Source: Guillardia theta CCMP2712
Taxonomy: Eukaryota > Protista > Cryptophyta
Assembly (NCBI RefSeq): GCF_000315625.1
Contig: NW_005434617.1
Coordinates: 355,085 to 419,084, forward strand
Direction of reading: 5' to 3'
Length of the DNA stretch: 64,000 bases
Made by a program: the position numbers and the translations under genes. Below are positions 27,395 through 39,784 of this stretch, one piece after another (positions within the stretch are counted from its first letter, which is position 1; each line of letters begins with the position of its first letter). The notes under the pieces were generated by a model. The model saw only the letters and a list, made by a program, of their open reading frames with translations, ran no database searches and was not told where the DNA came from.

Positions 27395-28958
27395 TTGTTC
27401 TTCTTGTCCCCGCATGACGTGGCGGCAGGTTGGAGATCGAGAGCTCTGTGCCGAGGAGTAAGGAGAAACGGCTCGAGCACAGAGACCTGGCGACGGTGAG
27501 GGTGGTGGGAGGAGGCGAGTGAGCTGAAGGATCATAGGCCATAATGCTCCTCTTCCTCACCATCGCCTCCTTCTTCGGTACTGGCAACATCGCGTCAGTC
27601 AGCAGGTCGAGATCATTTCAGCTCCTCCTCCTCCACCACCACCGCCATCAATACCACCTTCCTGCCTCCTCCTCCTCCTCCTCCTCCTCCTCCTCCTCCT
27701 CCTCCTCCTCCTCTCCTCCTCCTCCCCCTACACAGGGCTTATTCTTTGTATCTCCTTTACCTGATCTTCTTCCTGCATCGCCTCCTCCACTCCGGCCGTC
27801 CCGCACCTCCAATCCCCCACTGCTCCTCCCTTGCGCGCTTCGCCCTCCCCGCTCTGCCGTCGCAGCTGCTGCTTCATGACCTCCGGCCCGCCAGCTTCGA
27901 GCTCAAGTCGGTCTATCGCTTCCTCACTGTCTTCGACCCCTTCCTGATGGGCGGGATGGTGGGTGAGGTCCTCTGAATCGGAGGGGTGGTAACATCCTTT
28001 TCTCTTCCTCCTCCGCAGCTCCTGTTCAAGATCGTCTTGCCCTTCGTCCTGGTCACCGCCACCTTCAGCCTCATCTGCTCCCGCCAGGTCCGTTCTCACT
28101 GCTCCCTACGACATCCCGTTCCATCCACCTCCCTCTCTCCTCTCCTCTAACCCTCCTCACTCTGCTCTCTTCCCCCCCACTCTCCCCTCCTTCCCTCCTC
28201 TAAATCCTTCCTTCCTCTCCCTTGTTCCCTCTCCCGTCTCCCCTGCTCGCTCTCCCCTGCTCGAGTCTTGTCTCCTGTCTGCTGCTGGATCCTTTCTTAC
28301 TGCGACGAAACGCAGGGCGTTTCTACAGCAGGCGTTCTTTGTCTCGTGCTGGTGCTAGCAGGTGAGAGGGAAGAGGTGGAGAAGTAGAAGAATGGGAGGG
28401 AAGGGAGAGAATAGAGAGGGAGGGGGAGAGAAAGGATGGGGGATGGACAGAGATCAGAAGGGAGCGCGTGAGGGTGGGTGGAGGAGGGAGGGCAGGAGGA
28501 GAGGCAAGAAATAAGGAAAGGAAGGCGAGGAGAGCAGGAGGAGGCGGCGGAGGCTTTGGAGCTGAAGGAGGAGCAACAGATGTGATGAGTCTGCACTTCT
28601 TCTTCCTAGTACGAACAGAAGGAAGTTGGAAGGTAGTTCTCCGCTCCCCTGCGTCTTGTCCTTGACCCTTGCATGTCAACAGGAGATCGGCAACTCCATC
28701 TCTCACTTCGGCATCACAAACTTCGTCATTGTCATGATACAGGCAAGTGACATCCGAGGCTGATTCTTGAACTCCCTTCCCTTCTCCTCCCCCTTCTCTC
28801 CCCCCTTCTCCCATCCCTAACCCCCCCTCTCCTCCGTCTTTTTCTCCCTCCTCTCCATCCTCTGTGTCCTCCTCATTGCTGTGTTGCAGATTTTATTCAT
28901 TGTAACCCGCTCCTGGTTCTCGGGGATTCCCACGTGGCATGTAGATAAAACAGAATAA
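22052..28958 (+). CDS. PIGN: GPI ethanolamine phosphate transferase 1 (PIG-N/Mcd4)
   Basis: Exons give [119 protein letters not shown] and IGNSISHF. Confidence 0.93.
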
Positions 28959-30454
28959 ATTCTCAAAGTTCCACCAGACCCCTGACAGTGATCACTTGAT
29001 GTCAAAACCTTCTCGTCTCAAGCAAGCCTTGTGCGCCTCTATGAAATCAGCACAGTTAGCCTCTCCTTTCTGAACAACACATTCATCTCTCTTCGCTTTT
29101 GTGTCTGGACAACTGAGGGATCGAGTCAGCAAACAAACAGGCAGAGCACGAGGGCTTACGAGCAACAAACTTTCTTTCCCGAGTATCTGCAGACAAAGAC
29201 CATGATGAGAAGGTTGCGGTCAGCATCTCATCTCGTTACCTTCCCAGCTGCTTCCCGTCCTTGTCGTATGTGATGGGGGGGAGTGCAGAATCAGAAGAGC
29301 CGAGCATTCTACTGCGCCAGCTATCAAAACAGAGCAAACGGAGCAAAGGGGAAAGGGGGAGGGGGGAAAGGAAGCGAGGGAAAGGAATCCAGTTTTGTAC
29401 GAGGATGTGTAGTATTGTAACAGACTATCCTGTGATTCAAACTCATCGTAACGTGCTGGAAAGCGCCACACTCACAATAATCAATCGCTAATGATGGGTG
29501 CGAGCAACGTTGCGGTCGTTACTTCTCACCACAGAAGGCTGGGCCTATTTCAAGGCAGCAACAAGCATGTGATCCTCTCCTCCTCTGCATGTAACCTTGT
29601 TCGTACTCCTCTGAATGCAGCGTGTTCACTCTACATAGTCTACTACTGCCCCTGTCCCACTAATCCGCGCAAACCCCCATGAACTCCATTCATCCCCTGA
29701 CTTTCGTCCCACCATCCCAATATTTCCATCTTTGCTTCCTCCGTCTGTTCCATGCTCTCTCTACCTTCCATCTCACATGATTGATCCCTACATGCCGACA
29801 TCCTCCTCCTTCGCCGTTCCACATGCGCCCAGTGCTGTTACTCTGCCTCCCCTTTCTTTCCCTCGCATCAATCCCCATGAATCTCCTGTCGCTCTCCTCC
29901 CTCCTCTTTCCTCCCTCAGCTTCTCTGACCATCATCGCAATCCTTCTCCTCCTCTCCTCCTCTCCTCCTCTCCTCCTCTCCTCCTCTCCTCCTCTCCTCC
30001 CTCTTGGCGCTTCCCTCGCCATTCTCTTCATCTCCTTCACCTTGAGTCTCTAGAACGTGACAGTACCGGTTAATATCTCTTGAACAATTGGGGTGGGGTG
30101 GGATTATTCGAGGGGGTGGGTACTACCATGAGGACGAGGGGGTCATAAGGGTGGGGTCAGCGAGTCAGCAGACAAAGCGAATGTACGGGGATGAGGGTAA
30201 CGATTTTAGGACTTGAGGGAGGATGCGGGTAAATGGATCATGGCGACTAGAACGACAGGCTGAGAGGAAAGGGACGAGAGAGAGGAGGAGCGACGAAGGT
30301 CAACAAGATGGCGATGAGTGTCTATGGTGATAAGGCTGCTGTCGTGAGGCCAACCGCTCGATGCCATGAGAGGGGATCCAGCTGTTGGCTGAGGGTTGTC
30401 AGAGTGAGGCAGGAGATTTGAACTCTGGACATGGTACTGGGCTGATCAGGAGGT

Positions 30455-31093
30455 ATGAAGATAGATACTGACTCGCTGAGAAGCCACCTGAAGCTTCGAT
30501 GCTTCAACATTGACCTGGAGGTCTTGTGCGAACAGCAGACGGTTGAGAACCTGAGGTCATTCTTCCTGTCGTTTCCGCGAGGTTTTCGGTTGTCGCAGAC
30601 CGTTTCACTACTCCGAGCATGCACGGACGTCACAGACGCTCAGGCTATGGACGTGTTCGATCTTCTTGATTGTGATGGCAGAGGTTGTCTGAGATTCACA
30701 GAATTTTATTTCCTGTGCTGCTTGCTGGTGGCCTACTGCCGTCGGGAGTTGAAGAAATTCATGTACCAACGCTGGGATGACATATCCCGACTGCTGCAAG
30801 CGAAGTCTCGAGACAGAGAGATCAGCACAGGCTCCAAGGTCGTCAAGGTGCCTGTTGTGAGCGTTTGCTGCTTCTTCCGCATCCTCGGGCAAGAGAGGGA
30901 CCTCTTCTCAAAGATGGAGCAACTCAGACTGAGCAAACGCGACCTCAACAGGAACGAGCTGGAAACCCTCTTCTTTGCCTTGTTTCATGATTTCGACGAG
31001 GAGATTCAAGAAAACTTTCTTCCTGATGAGCCAACCAAAGACGGAGAAGGAACCTCTGTACCTAACAAAACACGAGTTTGCACTGTGTCATGA
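30455..31093 (+). CDS. EF-hand calcium-binding protein, EFCAB9-like, with C-terminal CaaX
   Basis: TDVTDAQAMDVFDLLDCDGRGCLRFTEFYFLCCLLVAY...KFMYQR parallels animal EFCAB9 (VTDLKKAQINIVFDMLDW...FYMLVCMLLA...FMYRH, recalled). The protein ends CTVS. Confidence 0.7.
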   Translation: MKIDTDSLRSHLKLRCFNIDLEVLCEQQTVENLRSFFLSFPRGFRLSQTVSLLRACTDVTDAQAMDVFDLLDCDGRGCLRFTEFYFLCCLLVAYCRRELKKFMYQRWDDISRLLQAKSRDREISTGSKVVKVPVVSVCCFFRILGQERDLFSKMEQLRLSKRDLNRNELETLFFALFHDFDEEIQENFLPDEPTKDGEGTSVPNKTRVCTVS

Positions 31094-31440
31094 TGGGATT
31101 GACCTCTGCTGTACAACTCAACCTGCGAGATTGGTTCTCAACGCGCGGAAGGACAAGTTTTATTGATCTCCTTCACTTAAAAAAAATAACAATTTGTTGT
31201 GGATAAAACGAAGAAAATGTGTCAAAGTTCATTCCTTGTACAAGAGAAAAATATCACATCGAGAATATGTGTACAGCTGAATCATTTCCATAATTCCTCC
31301 ATCCCTTGAAATGTTGCTTTCAGGAGAGACGGAGATTCTTGTGCAATTTCCTAGCATACATACGAGTTCGTTTCGCCCCTATTGTGTCACACAGAAGATC
31401 CTGAGAGGTGCTCGACCGTTGACCGGATGCTTGCCATGCT

Positions 31441-32888
31441 TCACAAGGGTTCGGCAGCGACATGCGGCGGGTGCAGGGTCGGGAGGTGGTATTTCCCGTT
31501 GGAAAGGCCTGTCAAAACCTGCAAGAGGCGTCAAAGAAGAGACGGCAGGAAGAGGTTCGCTACCTCAACAACAAACAATGCTACTCCCAGCTGTGGAGCC
31601 TTCAGCATGACTCTCGGCTTGACGCCTACAAAGAACCCCTTGAAGCCTTCCTCCGCTGCGATCTTGCTGAACGTCGATGCAATCGACATTCGCGCCTGTC
31701 ATCATCACATGAATTTGTGCGACAGCGTACGCTCTTCTTACCCCCGAGCCAGCAGCAGCCTGCATCCTGGTCTTGATCACGTCTGCTGGCGTGGTAATGA
31801 AGGAAACAGGAAGGGCAGAGACTGTTGCCGCTCCAAGCGTCTCCAAGAAACCGAGTGTATCACGATCGCCAAGCATGCTGGCCTTTATCCGGCTGTACAG
31901 TGTGAAGTATAGAGCAGCGAAAGGAACTTCTCGCAACATGGTAGCTGACGCCCTGCGCAACGCTCAGCAACAATGCCTCCTAGGAAAAACTCCTCACCCC
32001 TTGTACAGGCCCGAAACGCCGAGCTTCTTCACGACAGCCATCGGATTGTTGACGGCAGCTTTCTGTTGGCTGAGTAGCTGCATCTGAATCCTGAAAATAA
32101 TCGAATCACAATGGCAAACGGAAGCGATAAGATAGAATTCACATGATCATCTCCTTGGGACTGGAAAACAATGCCTGGCACGCGCCGGAGAAGCCCCCCG
32201 TCATAAGTTCGAGGGCAAGGGGAAGTCTACGACATGCCCGCCGTCAACCAAACTTCCATGATGGGTGCAAATGGATCACCTGCCCTTGCTGTCTTCATAC
32301 CCACTGAACGTCTTCTTCACCACAGCATTGCAGCCAAACATCGTTGCCTTCTCAGGGGCAACCACCAACACTGTACCACCAAGACCCTTATACAATCCAG
32401 GGATTCCCTCGTTCTTGATGACATTGAGCATGGTGGGAAAAAACTGAGCGCGTCCCGCAGCCCTGCCTGCTGCCTGCATCCTCATCTTCACCGCATCCCC
32501 AGGGTACAAAGCAGCGAGCCCTGCAAGTAAAAGTTACAAGGCCGTAGAATCAACACCAAGGCAACAAGAAAAACTGACCAGCTGCTCCTCCAATTGCGCC
32601 GAAGAGGAAACTTTCCATGCTCTTCATTGTCTTCCCAATATTTTGCAGACTGCTCTCGACTGCCTGATTCACCTTGGGCCTCCAATCGTCCTTGCACATG
32701 GATGATTGGAACAGATGCCTTCCTGGCCCAACTTCCCATCCACGAGGAAGAGGAAGATATGCCCCTTGAATGCTTGATCCCCCAGAAGCAGACGAACTTG
32801 ACTGCGGCATGAACATCTCCCCTTGTGCAGCTGCAAGCCCGCAGAATACGAGTGAGAGCAGAAGAAGCGAACGACTATGGCACTGCAT
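31441..32888 (-). CDS. SLC25 mitochondrial-carrier-family protein (aspartate/glutamate-carrier-like) with N-terminal signal peptide
   Basis: Three carrier repeats: YPGDAVKMRMQ, SPKEMIM/IQMQ, TPADVIKTRMQ. Also GIPGLYKG, VAPEKA, REVPFAALYF and KAPQLG. Leader MQCHSRSLLLLSLVFCGLAAAQG. Confidence 0.88.
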
Positions 32889-34418
32889 TCTTGATCTGCT
32901 ACAGCGTGCGCTTCCTGTCATGTCAACCTCCCCTTCAAGTCTCATGGATTTGCTCCATGCGTGTGCCTTTGAAGACGAATTTCTTGAACGCATCGCACGT
33001 CCTTCTCTTGACACCCTGAAATTCCTGATCGGAGAAGGTCTGCTCTATGGACCTACAGTTGATGTTCCCGATAGGACCTCGTTGTTCCTCTCCTTCGAAT
33101 CTTCGTAGATTCTCCTGAGTCTGGCAGAGCTTCAAACTTCAGATGCGCTTGCTTGCCCAGCGATCTTGCAACGCTGGCTCCCGCACGAAACTATCAGACT
33201 TTTTCGCCTGCAGCAGTCCCCTTTCAACTTTCCTGGAGGTTTAACTGGCAATCAAACGTGCTCTTTCACGACCTATCAGTGAGAACGTCTAGAATTGATG
33301 CTTGTCTGCTACCTCTTCTCTTTCTGGGTCCTCTTCTTCACGCTGCGATGCTTACAACCCGCGTCCCGCCATTGAGGGTCAACGCGAACACGTGACTGTT
33401 GCCAGACCACCCCTTGGTCGAGTTGAGCTAACCACTCACCCCTCCACATCAGCCTCTACCCCTTCATTTGACTTTCACAGTACCCCACTTTTAGCTAGTA
33501 TGGGCTGACGATTTGACCCCACCCTAGGGCATCCCTGTCGGCCTCCATTCCCTTGCAAAGGATCCGCTGGTCAACAAGAGACTACCCACCCGGGTGACAC
33601 CGTCAAATCTATAGGAAAATTGTACCCCACTACCACCATGTTCTTTTACTTAATAACTCGACCCCTGTCAACCACCCCACCAAGGCTCCCACAAACCAAG
33701 ATAGGGTGGGTGTAGGACCCTATGTCAACAATATTTTTAGGACCCCCACAGACAAGGCGTGGGTAGAGGTCTGTACCCCTACCCTATATATGAAAGTCAA
33801 AGTACCCACCCTTTTTACTTCCTCAAGTCTTGAGAGATTCCTCAAGTTTTCCCTCCCCAAGTATCCCCAGGGAGGGTGGGCGGGTCTATCTAGAGATGAT
33901 CGAGCTGGCTCGTCGATAGTGGAGGGGTGGGGTACAGACAGTTCTACTTGATGTCCTGGTTTCGGGTCAGGCAAGGAAATCTCGAAATAATCTCTAAATT
34001 ATTTTATCAATTTTGAAGTTTCAGATAAAATTTGATTATACATTTCCGAATGCTTTCCTTTCCATGGGTCAACGGGCTAGTTCTGGAAGTTGATGACGAG
34101 ATTGAGCCAGTGGAGGGAGGGTTGAGGAGTCGGAAAAGGGGTGGTGGGGTGGAGAAAGTGTAGGGGGGGTCGCAAGAAACGCCTTAAATAGAACTTTCCA
34201 AATAATTACTGAAATATTTGCTTTTGATTTGAAATTTACATTGAATATTGTAAATAAGTTTAAAGTTGACCTACGCCCCAAAAGAACGGGCCATCCCTCC
34301 TCTCCTTCAACTCATTATTGACCTCTGATGGGGATACTGGCAGACCAGATATTGTAACGTATTTTGTTCCCGTTAGGAATTGTAACTGCATCGTAACGTA
34401 CAGCATCGAAGAGTCGCG

Positions 34419-35619
34419 ATGAGCGGGGGGCGAGGAATGGGAGGGAAGAAGGCGATGGTGTGGGGAGGGTTGATGATGCTAGCGATGATGATGACGACTA
34501 CGATCATCAGTCATATGAAGGGAGGGAAGGGCAGCATGATGGCATCTCAACCCTCCACCATGATGAGCGACGGTGGGCGATGGTTTTCTGGGAGGGCTGG
34601 GCTCAACGTGCCATCGGATGGAACGAAGCATGGAGTGCTAGAGGGAGGGTATGGACAGCCGAGCAAGAGAGGTAGTGGAACGTACATGGACGGAATCCCA
34701 GAGGCCATGGTGTACGCAGGAAGTGTGAACCCCTACAAGGATCTTGCGCACCATTCGAGGACCGAGCGCGGGCTGCCTCAGATTCGTCATCGATTTCAAC
34801 CGTCAGCAGGGAGCGTTGGTTATGGAAGCAACAAGATTTTCTCAGCCAACCAAGCAGAAAGAGATTTGGAGGTGATGAAGGACTTCGGCCTTGTGTCAGC
34901 ACAGAAATACAAGCAGGAGAAGACCAGGATCCGAGGGCCTGACTTCCCGGGCTCGAGATCGTCCGCTCCTTCCGTGCACTTGCCAGAGGGCTGGGGGAGC
35001 TCGACGGCCACCTGCAGGGAAGTCACCACCAAGGTTGCTGGGCTGAGCCAGTCCGGCTGGGCCCAGATGAACACTTTGAAGTGCTGCAATTATCTCTGCT
35101 CTCAGAACGAGTGGGGGCAACTGCGCGAAGGGAAGCTGATCTGGGGCATGGGATCGAGCAATCGCTACAGCTCTGCCATCAGCACTCCCAGTGCTGTCAA
35201 GCTGGCCGACGGCACCAACAAATATATGTGCCGTACGTGCGCATGGAACAAGTAACTGTACCCTTGCACATGTGCCATCAAGGGTTGACCGCTTGCTTGC
35301 AGGGAGCCTTCATGGAACGAGTTCGGTCTCAACAACCTCCCCAAGATGGAGGGGCACCTGTGCAACGCCACTAGCCCATCGTCAGCTACGGGCGGTCTTG
35401 ACTTGGGGGGAGATGGAGTGCATGCGCTAGATGATTGCCCAGACGAGGTCCTCGGAGACTTCACGCAGGTATGGAACAGGATTGGAGAGATGGCTGTGCT
35501 GATAGTTGATGCAGATCGGTGAAGGTGGTCATCTGGCAACATTGGGCGATGGTCCTGCTGGGATGAACCAAGATGGGCCCATGGGATGGGACTATCCGAT
35601 CCCTCCAGTCCCTCAGTGA
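34419..35619 (+). CDS. Hypothetical membrane-anchored protein with Cys-rich region
   Basis: A 278-aa first ORF with N-terminal hydrophobic segment and KCCNYLC...MCRTC. It continues through two short GT-AG introns to ...WDYPIPPVPQ*. Confidence 0.6.
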
Positions 35620-35735
35620 AGTCAGAGTAGTACTGTATCAAATAGTTAACGAGTTTTGATTCTATTTTCTAGTAATATCCCTCATCGTACCAGTAAACCT
35701 TTTTTTTTGTCTCGAAACTTCCATCGTGCAGGGTA

Positions 35736-37452
35736 TCATCGAGGGAGGATGTTCGGAGAGCACTTAGTACAGCAAAAACCACAAACACGCCAGAGACAAG
35801 AGCCGACCTGTTCAAGTTATAAGTGCAATATGTCGCAGATCGAAATCTCCTCACAATCTTAAGCAGCGGCTTCAGGACTGGAAGTAAAAACCTCGATGCA
35901 AGTTGCCTGTCAAAGCATCACCGTAGCCTGGTCGAAGGACAGGCAAAGCATGTACCGCCCAAAGGGGATGTAACTCAAAGAGTACCAGATCAGAGCAGCA
36001 AACTGTATTCCTACAAAGATGATGACCTGGTTTAGCATGTTAGAACACACAATCGGTGAACCTCTGCGCACACCAGAATGTATATTCGCAACCCCATAGC
36101 CGCATAGATTGTTCCAACCATGCTCCCAAAGTAGGCAATGGAGGCCATGGCTCGATGGCTAAACGATCATATTTCAGCATGGAGCAAGAGAGATATAGGA
36201 TGGTCCACCCTGTCCACATGTTTTGACATTGCTTCTTCGGTCCAACCAAGAATATCGTGCTGGGAGTCGACCCTAAGACCAAGCGTACAGAAAACAAGGC
36301 AAGTACCTTAACATCATGAGAAGATTTCCAAGACTGTATGCAACAGCGAATTTGTGAGGTTTGATCACTGAAATTCAACGATTATCTTGCAGATCACAAT
36401 AGATCCTCCTCGTCACCGATCAATGGTAGCATGAGCGTCGACAAGAAGGTGAAGAAGATCCCCGAGAGTAGACATATTCCGAAACCAATCAAACGTTTCT
36501 GAGCTCTAGAATGAGCTTGAGAGAAAATTCGCATGTGTGATAACCTTGTATGAGAGGGTCATGGCTTCATCTACATACTCGGACACTGTTTCTGGCTCCT
36601 TTTGCTGCCCAGTGATGAGGGTCTTGAAGCAAAATTAGTCTGAGAGCATGGTTGAGTCGGGAAGACCTTCATGGATTCAGCCTGCTGCGACACTGTTCCA
36701 AGCGGAGAAGATCGTACTGCCCCTTCAATGGCATGCTCAATCTCCTTGGAATCAGTCTCATGAAAAGGACACCTGAAACGTTCTCGGAGAACTTGGAGGC
36801 TGTGGAGTGTAACGCCTGTATCCTGCAAGCAGCATGTGGTCAGAGAGACCTGCTAGAGTTGATCGTCGTCAAGAGGCCTTACTGCTGGTTGTCTTTCACT
36901 TTGTTGAAAGCCATTGTGCCTGCATCCTTGACGGAGCTCATCCATGATGACATCTGCCATGGACCTTTCAGACTCTAGTTGCTCTGAAGCATTGACATGC
37001 ACACCTGAGCCGTTACGTTGGATGCAACCCCCGAGACTCCCCCTGTAGCCTCTGGCCTTTTAAGCTCTTTCAGCTCAGCTCGCAGAAATATTTGCACAAA
37101 CAACAAACAAATTGGATTACTGATTAACTGACCTCAAATGTCCTATACTCTAAACTGTGCTCGCTACCCAGCTTTCTGTCAGTTCTCCATCCAATCCAGT
37201 CCTTTACTACTATAAACATTTTCTTTTCTGCATCCAGTACCTATCCATCAAGCTGTTTCCTCGTTTCCTCCTCTTTCACATAGTCGACGTGTCCTTTATC
37301 TCCAATGGGTCTACCATCATATGCATGCTTTCTTCCTCTACCCTGTCTCCCTCCTCTTCCTCTCTCCTGCCCCTCCTGCCCCTCCTGCCTCTCCTCTCCT
37401 CGTCTCCCTTCCTCTCTTACCTGGGTACATGCCCGAAGGGTGTTTCCGCCAT
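35736..37452 (-). CDS. SFT2: Got1/Sft2-family vesicle transport protein
   Basis: Exons give RLIGFGICLLSGIFFTFLS, FAVAYSLGNLL, STIFLVGPKKQCQNM and IQFAALIWYSLSYIPFGR. The 5' exons are tentative. Confidence 0.85.
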
Positions 37453-37669
37453 TGCTCTTGCTCGCGCTATCTTGATCGCTGCTCCTGCTCCACCACCTCA
37501 CCTTCTTGTTTCATTTCCCCTACCCCACCCTCCCAAATCCTCACCCCCTTCCGATAAGTTAAGTGAACAAAGTCGTACCCGTACTATCCAATGAATTGTG
37601 CTTGAAAGAAGGGGTACTTGATACACCCCACCCCCCATAGCAAAAACGATCCACCAAATCGAACATGCC

Positions 37670-38280
37670 TTGATTTTAACTTAACTTTGAGTAAACGTAC
37701 ATGCCACTGCTCGTACTTCCGAATCAGTCTCAGTAAGGGCGGGCCGCCTCCGGGGAGTCCCGTCGCCGGCCGAGGGGCCGGCTCGGCCCAGCTGAGCCTC
37801 CGGGACGGTCCCCCGGGCCCGCGCGGCGGCAACCGCCGCCCTGCCGCAGTGGGCCCGCCGGCCTGCGCCAGGTTACAGGCCACTGAGCAGCCCTGGCAGC
37901 CATGCCACTGACCGAGCCTCGCGGCCTGACGATCCGATCCGAGCCATCGCCGAGCCCGGCGCCGCCGGGGCGGCCGCCGGGCCGCTTGTCAGACGGTGTA
38001 GCCTACCGTCTGAGCCCGGCCTGCCGCGGGGCGGCCGCCGCTCGGAGAAGACGGTTAACTTGGGCCCAGTGGCTAACTTGACAACGCCGGTTCAACGGTT
38101 CAACGGTTGAGACCGCCAAGGGCCTCAAATTGCCAGGGTCCCCCCGGGCCTACCGTACGGTACCGCGCGCGTGGATATTTGATACTCGAAACTGATCCGA
38201 ACAAAACTTGAAAACTGCCAGGCCGGCCAGCCAGTGACGCCGGACTGTTTACGTAGGGGCTACAAGTTGAGCGGCTTATC
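37670..38280. repeat. GC-rich, palindrome-rich intergenic element (putative dispersed repeat)
   Basis: Abrupt GC/CpG-rich block. It shares an exact 22-mer (37674-37695) in inverted orientation with 49671-49692. Confidence 0.55.
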
Positions 38281-38413
38281 TTGTGCTCAAGAGTGTACTG
38301 AGGTGATGATGCGGATATTCAACCGTTGAACGGCTCTTAACCGACGGCGAGTCAACACGATACGGCACGGGTTGCAACAATGTGATGTACTGAGCCACAA
38401 GGAAGTTCTTTCC

Positions 38414-39784
38414 TCAATGCTTCGTCGAGTTGTTTGTAGGCAGAGGCTGCAGCGCCGGCATCGTGCTAAGATCGCTCGCCGAAGACTTGAGCTGTGAAGC
38501 AAAGGAGGTGACGCGAGCAACCTGCAGTCAACAATGACGTCACCTGAGAGATGATGAGGATGCAGGCGAAGACGACGACCGCCACGACGATGCCGTACAT
38601 GATCCACTGTTGCCGGGTCGTCAATTCACTGCCTCCTCCCCCTTCACCACCTTATTCTGAGTAATTCTCTTCTGCATCAGCCTGACGAGCCGTCGGCTTT
38701 CGCCTCTGCTCGCAACGCATCAGCCTCGGAGTCGGAGGGGAAGGAGAGAGGGAGGTAGACAGCTCACAGGTTGTTGTCGACATCGGACAAGGAATCACGA
38801 GCATGCAGCAAGGTCTCTCGCTGCTGCAGCAGATCCTAATGTCAAGGCACCGTCAGGTTCTTCCCCTTCCCGTCTCTCCCGCCAACCTGCATCACGTCGG
38901 CTCCGATCATTTCCGTCTCTTGTGCGACTCTCCGGCTCTCCTTGATCCTGCGAGCGGCAGTCGATTGTTATCTTCTCCATTACCATGATACACCACATGT
39001 GCAGTATTATCCTCGTCCTCATCGTCATAATCACATTAACCTCATCGTCTTTGTCATACAATAGTCGTCGTCGACATCATCAGCATCGTCATCAAACATC
39101 ATTCAGTCTCGCATTCACCGCTGTGTTGACTTCTCTAGTCGCTCAGTAACGACAGACGATCTTGCTCGTTGTTCAGCCGACAGCGTAAGGTTGCCGCTGA
39201 ACTTGTCGCCGTTGTTCTGATTGCGGAACAAATCATCTCTCTCCGCCGCTGACGTCACCTTTCTTTGCTGCAAGCGACATGATGCTATTTCAGTGGTGAC
39301 ATGTGCAGCAAGGTCGACAACCTTTCGGAGGTAACACGACAGAGTATCCTTGCACACTCCGATGTCTATCTTGTACTGCCTCAACCGATTCTCGCATGCC
39401 TTGCGAGTCTCTCCCTTGCAGCTGCTCCAGCAGCGAGTCAACATGATGACGATGCGATCAGGTGTCATACCTGCGTACTTCCATTCCTAACTTTCCCAAA
39501 ACTTCCTCAGCGTCTTCCACGTTGTGCTTGGCCTTCTGATAGATCGAATTCCATTCGTCTGAGAGCAAAAATCACACGCGGCTGTACTGAAGGGGTTTCA
39601 TGCACACCCGCGTTAGTTTGCTCTTGTTCTCCCAATTTGTTCAGACGATCTAGATGCAGATTGATTTCTCGCACGAGCGATTGATACCTGGCGGAGCGTG
39701 AGTGATGGAGCAAATGGACTCAAACAAGGCAGCGAGAGGAAGGAAAGGAACTTACTGCTCTTCATAAGCCTCAAGGAGCGCCAT
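38414..39784 (-). CDS. VTI1: Qb-SNARE Vti1
   Basis: MALLEAYEEQ/YQSLVREINLHL, ALRRMEFDL, ENRLRQYKID, EQRARSSVVTERLEKSTQR/IKESRRVAQETEMIGADVM/DLLQQRETLLHARDSLSDVDNNL, SRRLVRLMQKRITQNK, and the TM segment WIMYGIVVAVVVFACILII. Confidence 0.9.

Noticed and set aside
29030-30040. Possible small - strand gene (and similar fragments at 32935-33400)
   Set aside because: I could not assemble a consistent spliced frame or recognise a domain.
30455-32888. Split aralar/citrin (EF-hand gene next to an AGC-like carrier)
   Set aside because: The genes are on opposite strands and the EF-hand protein looks EFCAB9-like, so adjacency is likely chance.
35736-39784. Functional trafficking cluster SFT2 + VTI1, and a ciliary cluster CYB5D1/EFCAB9/CCDC17
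   Set aside because: Without synteny data there is no evidence beyond chance neighbourhood.
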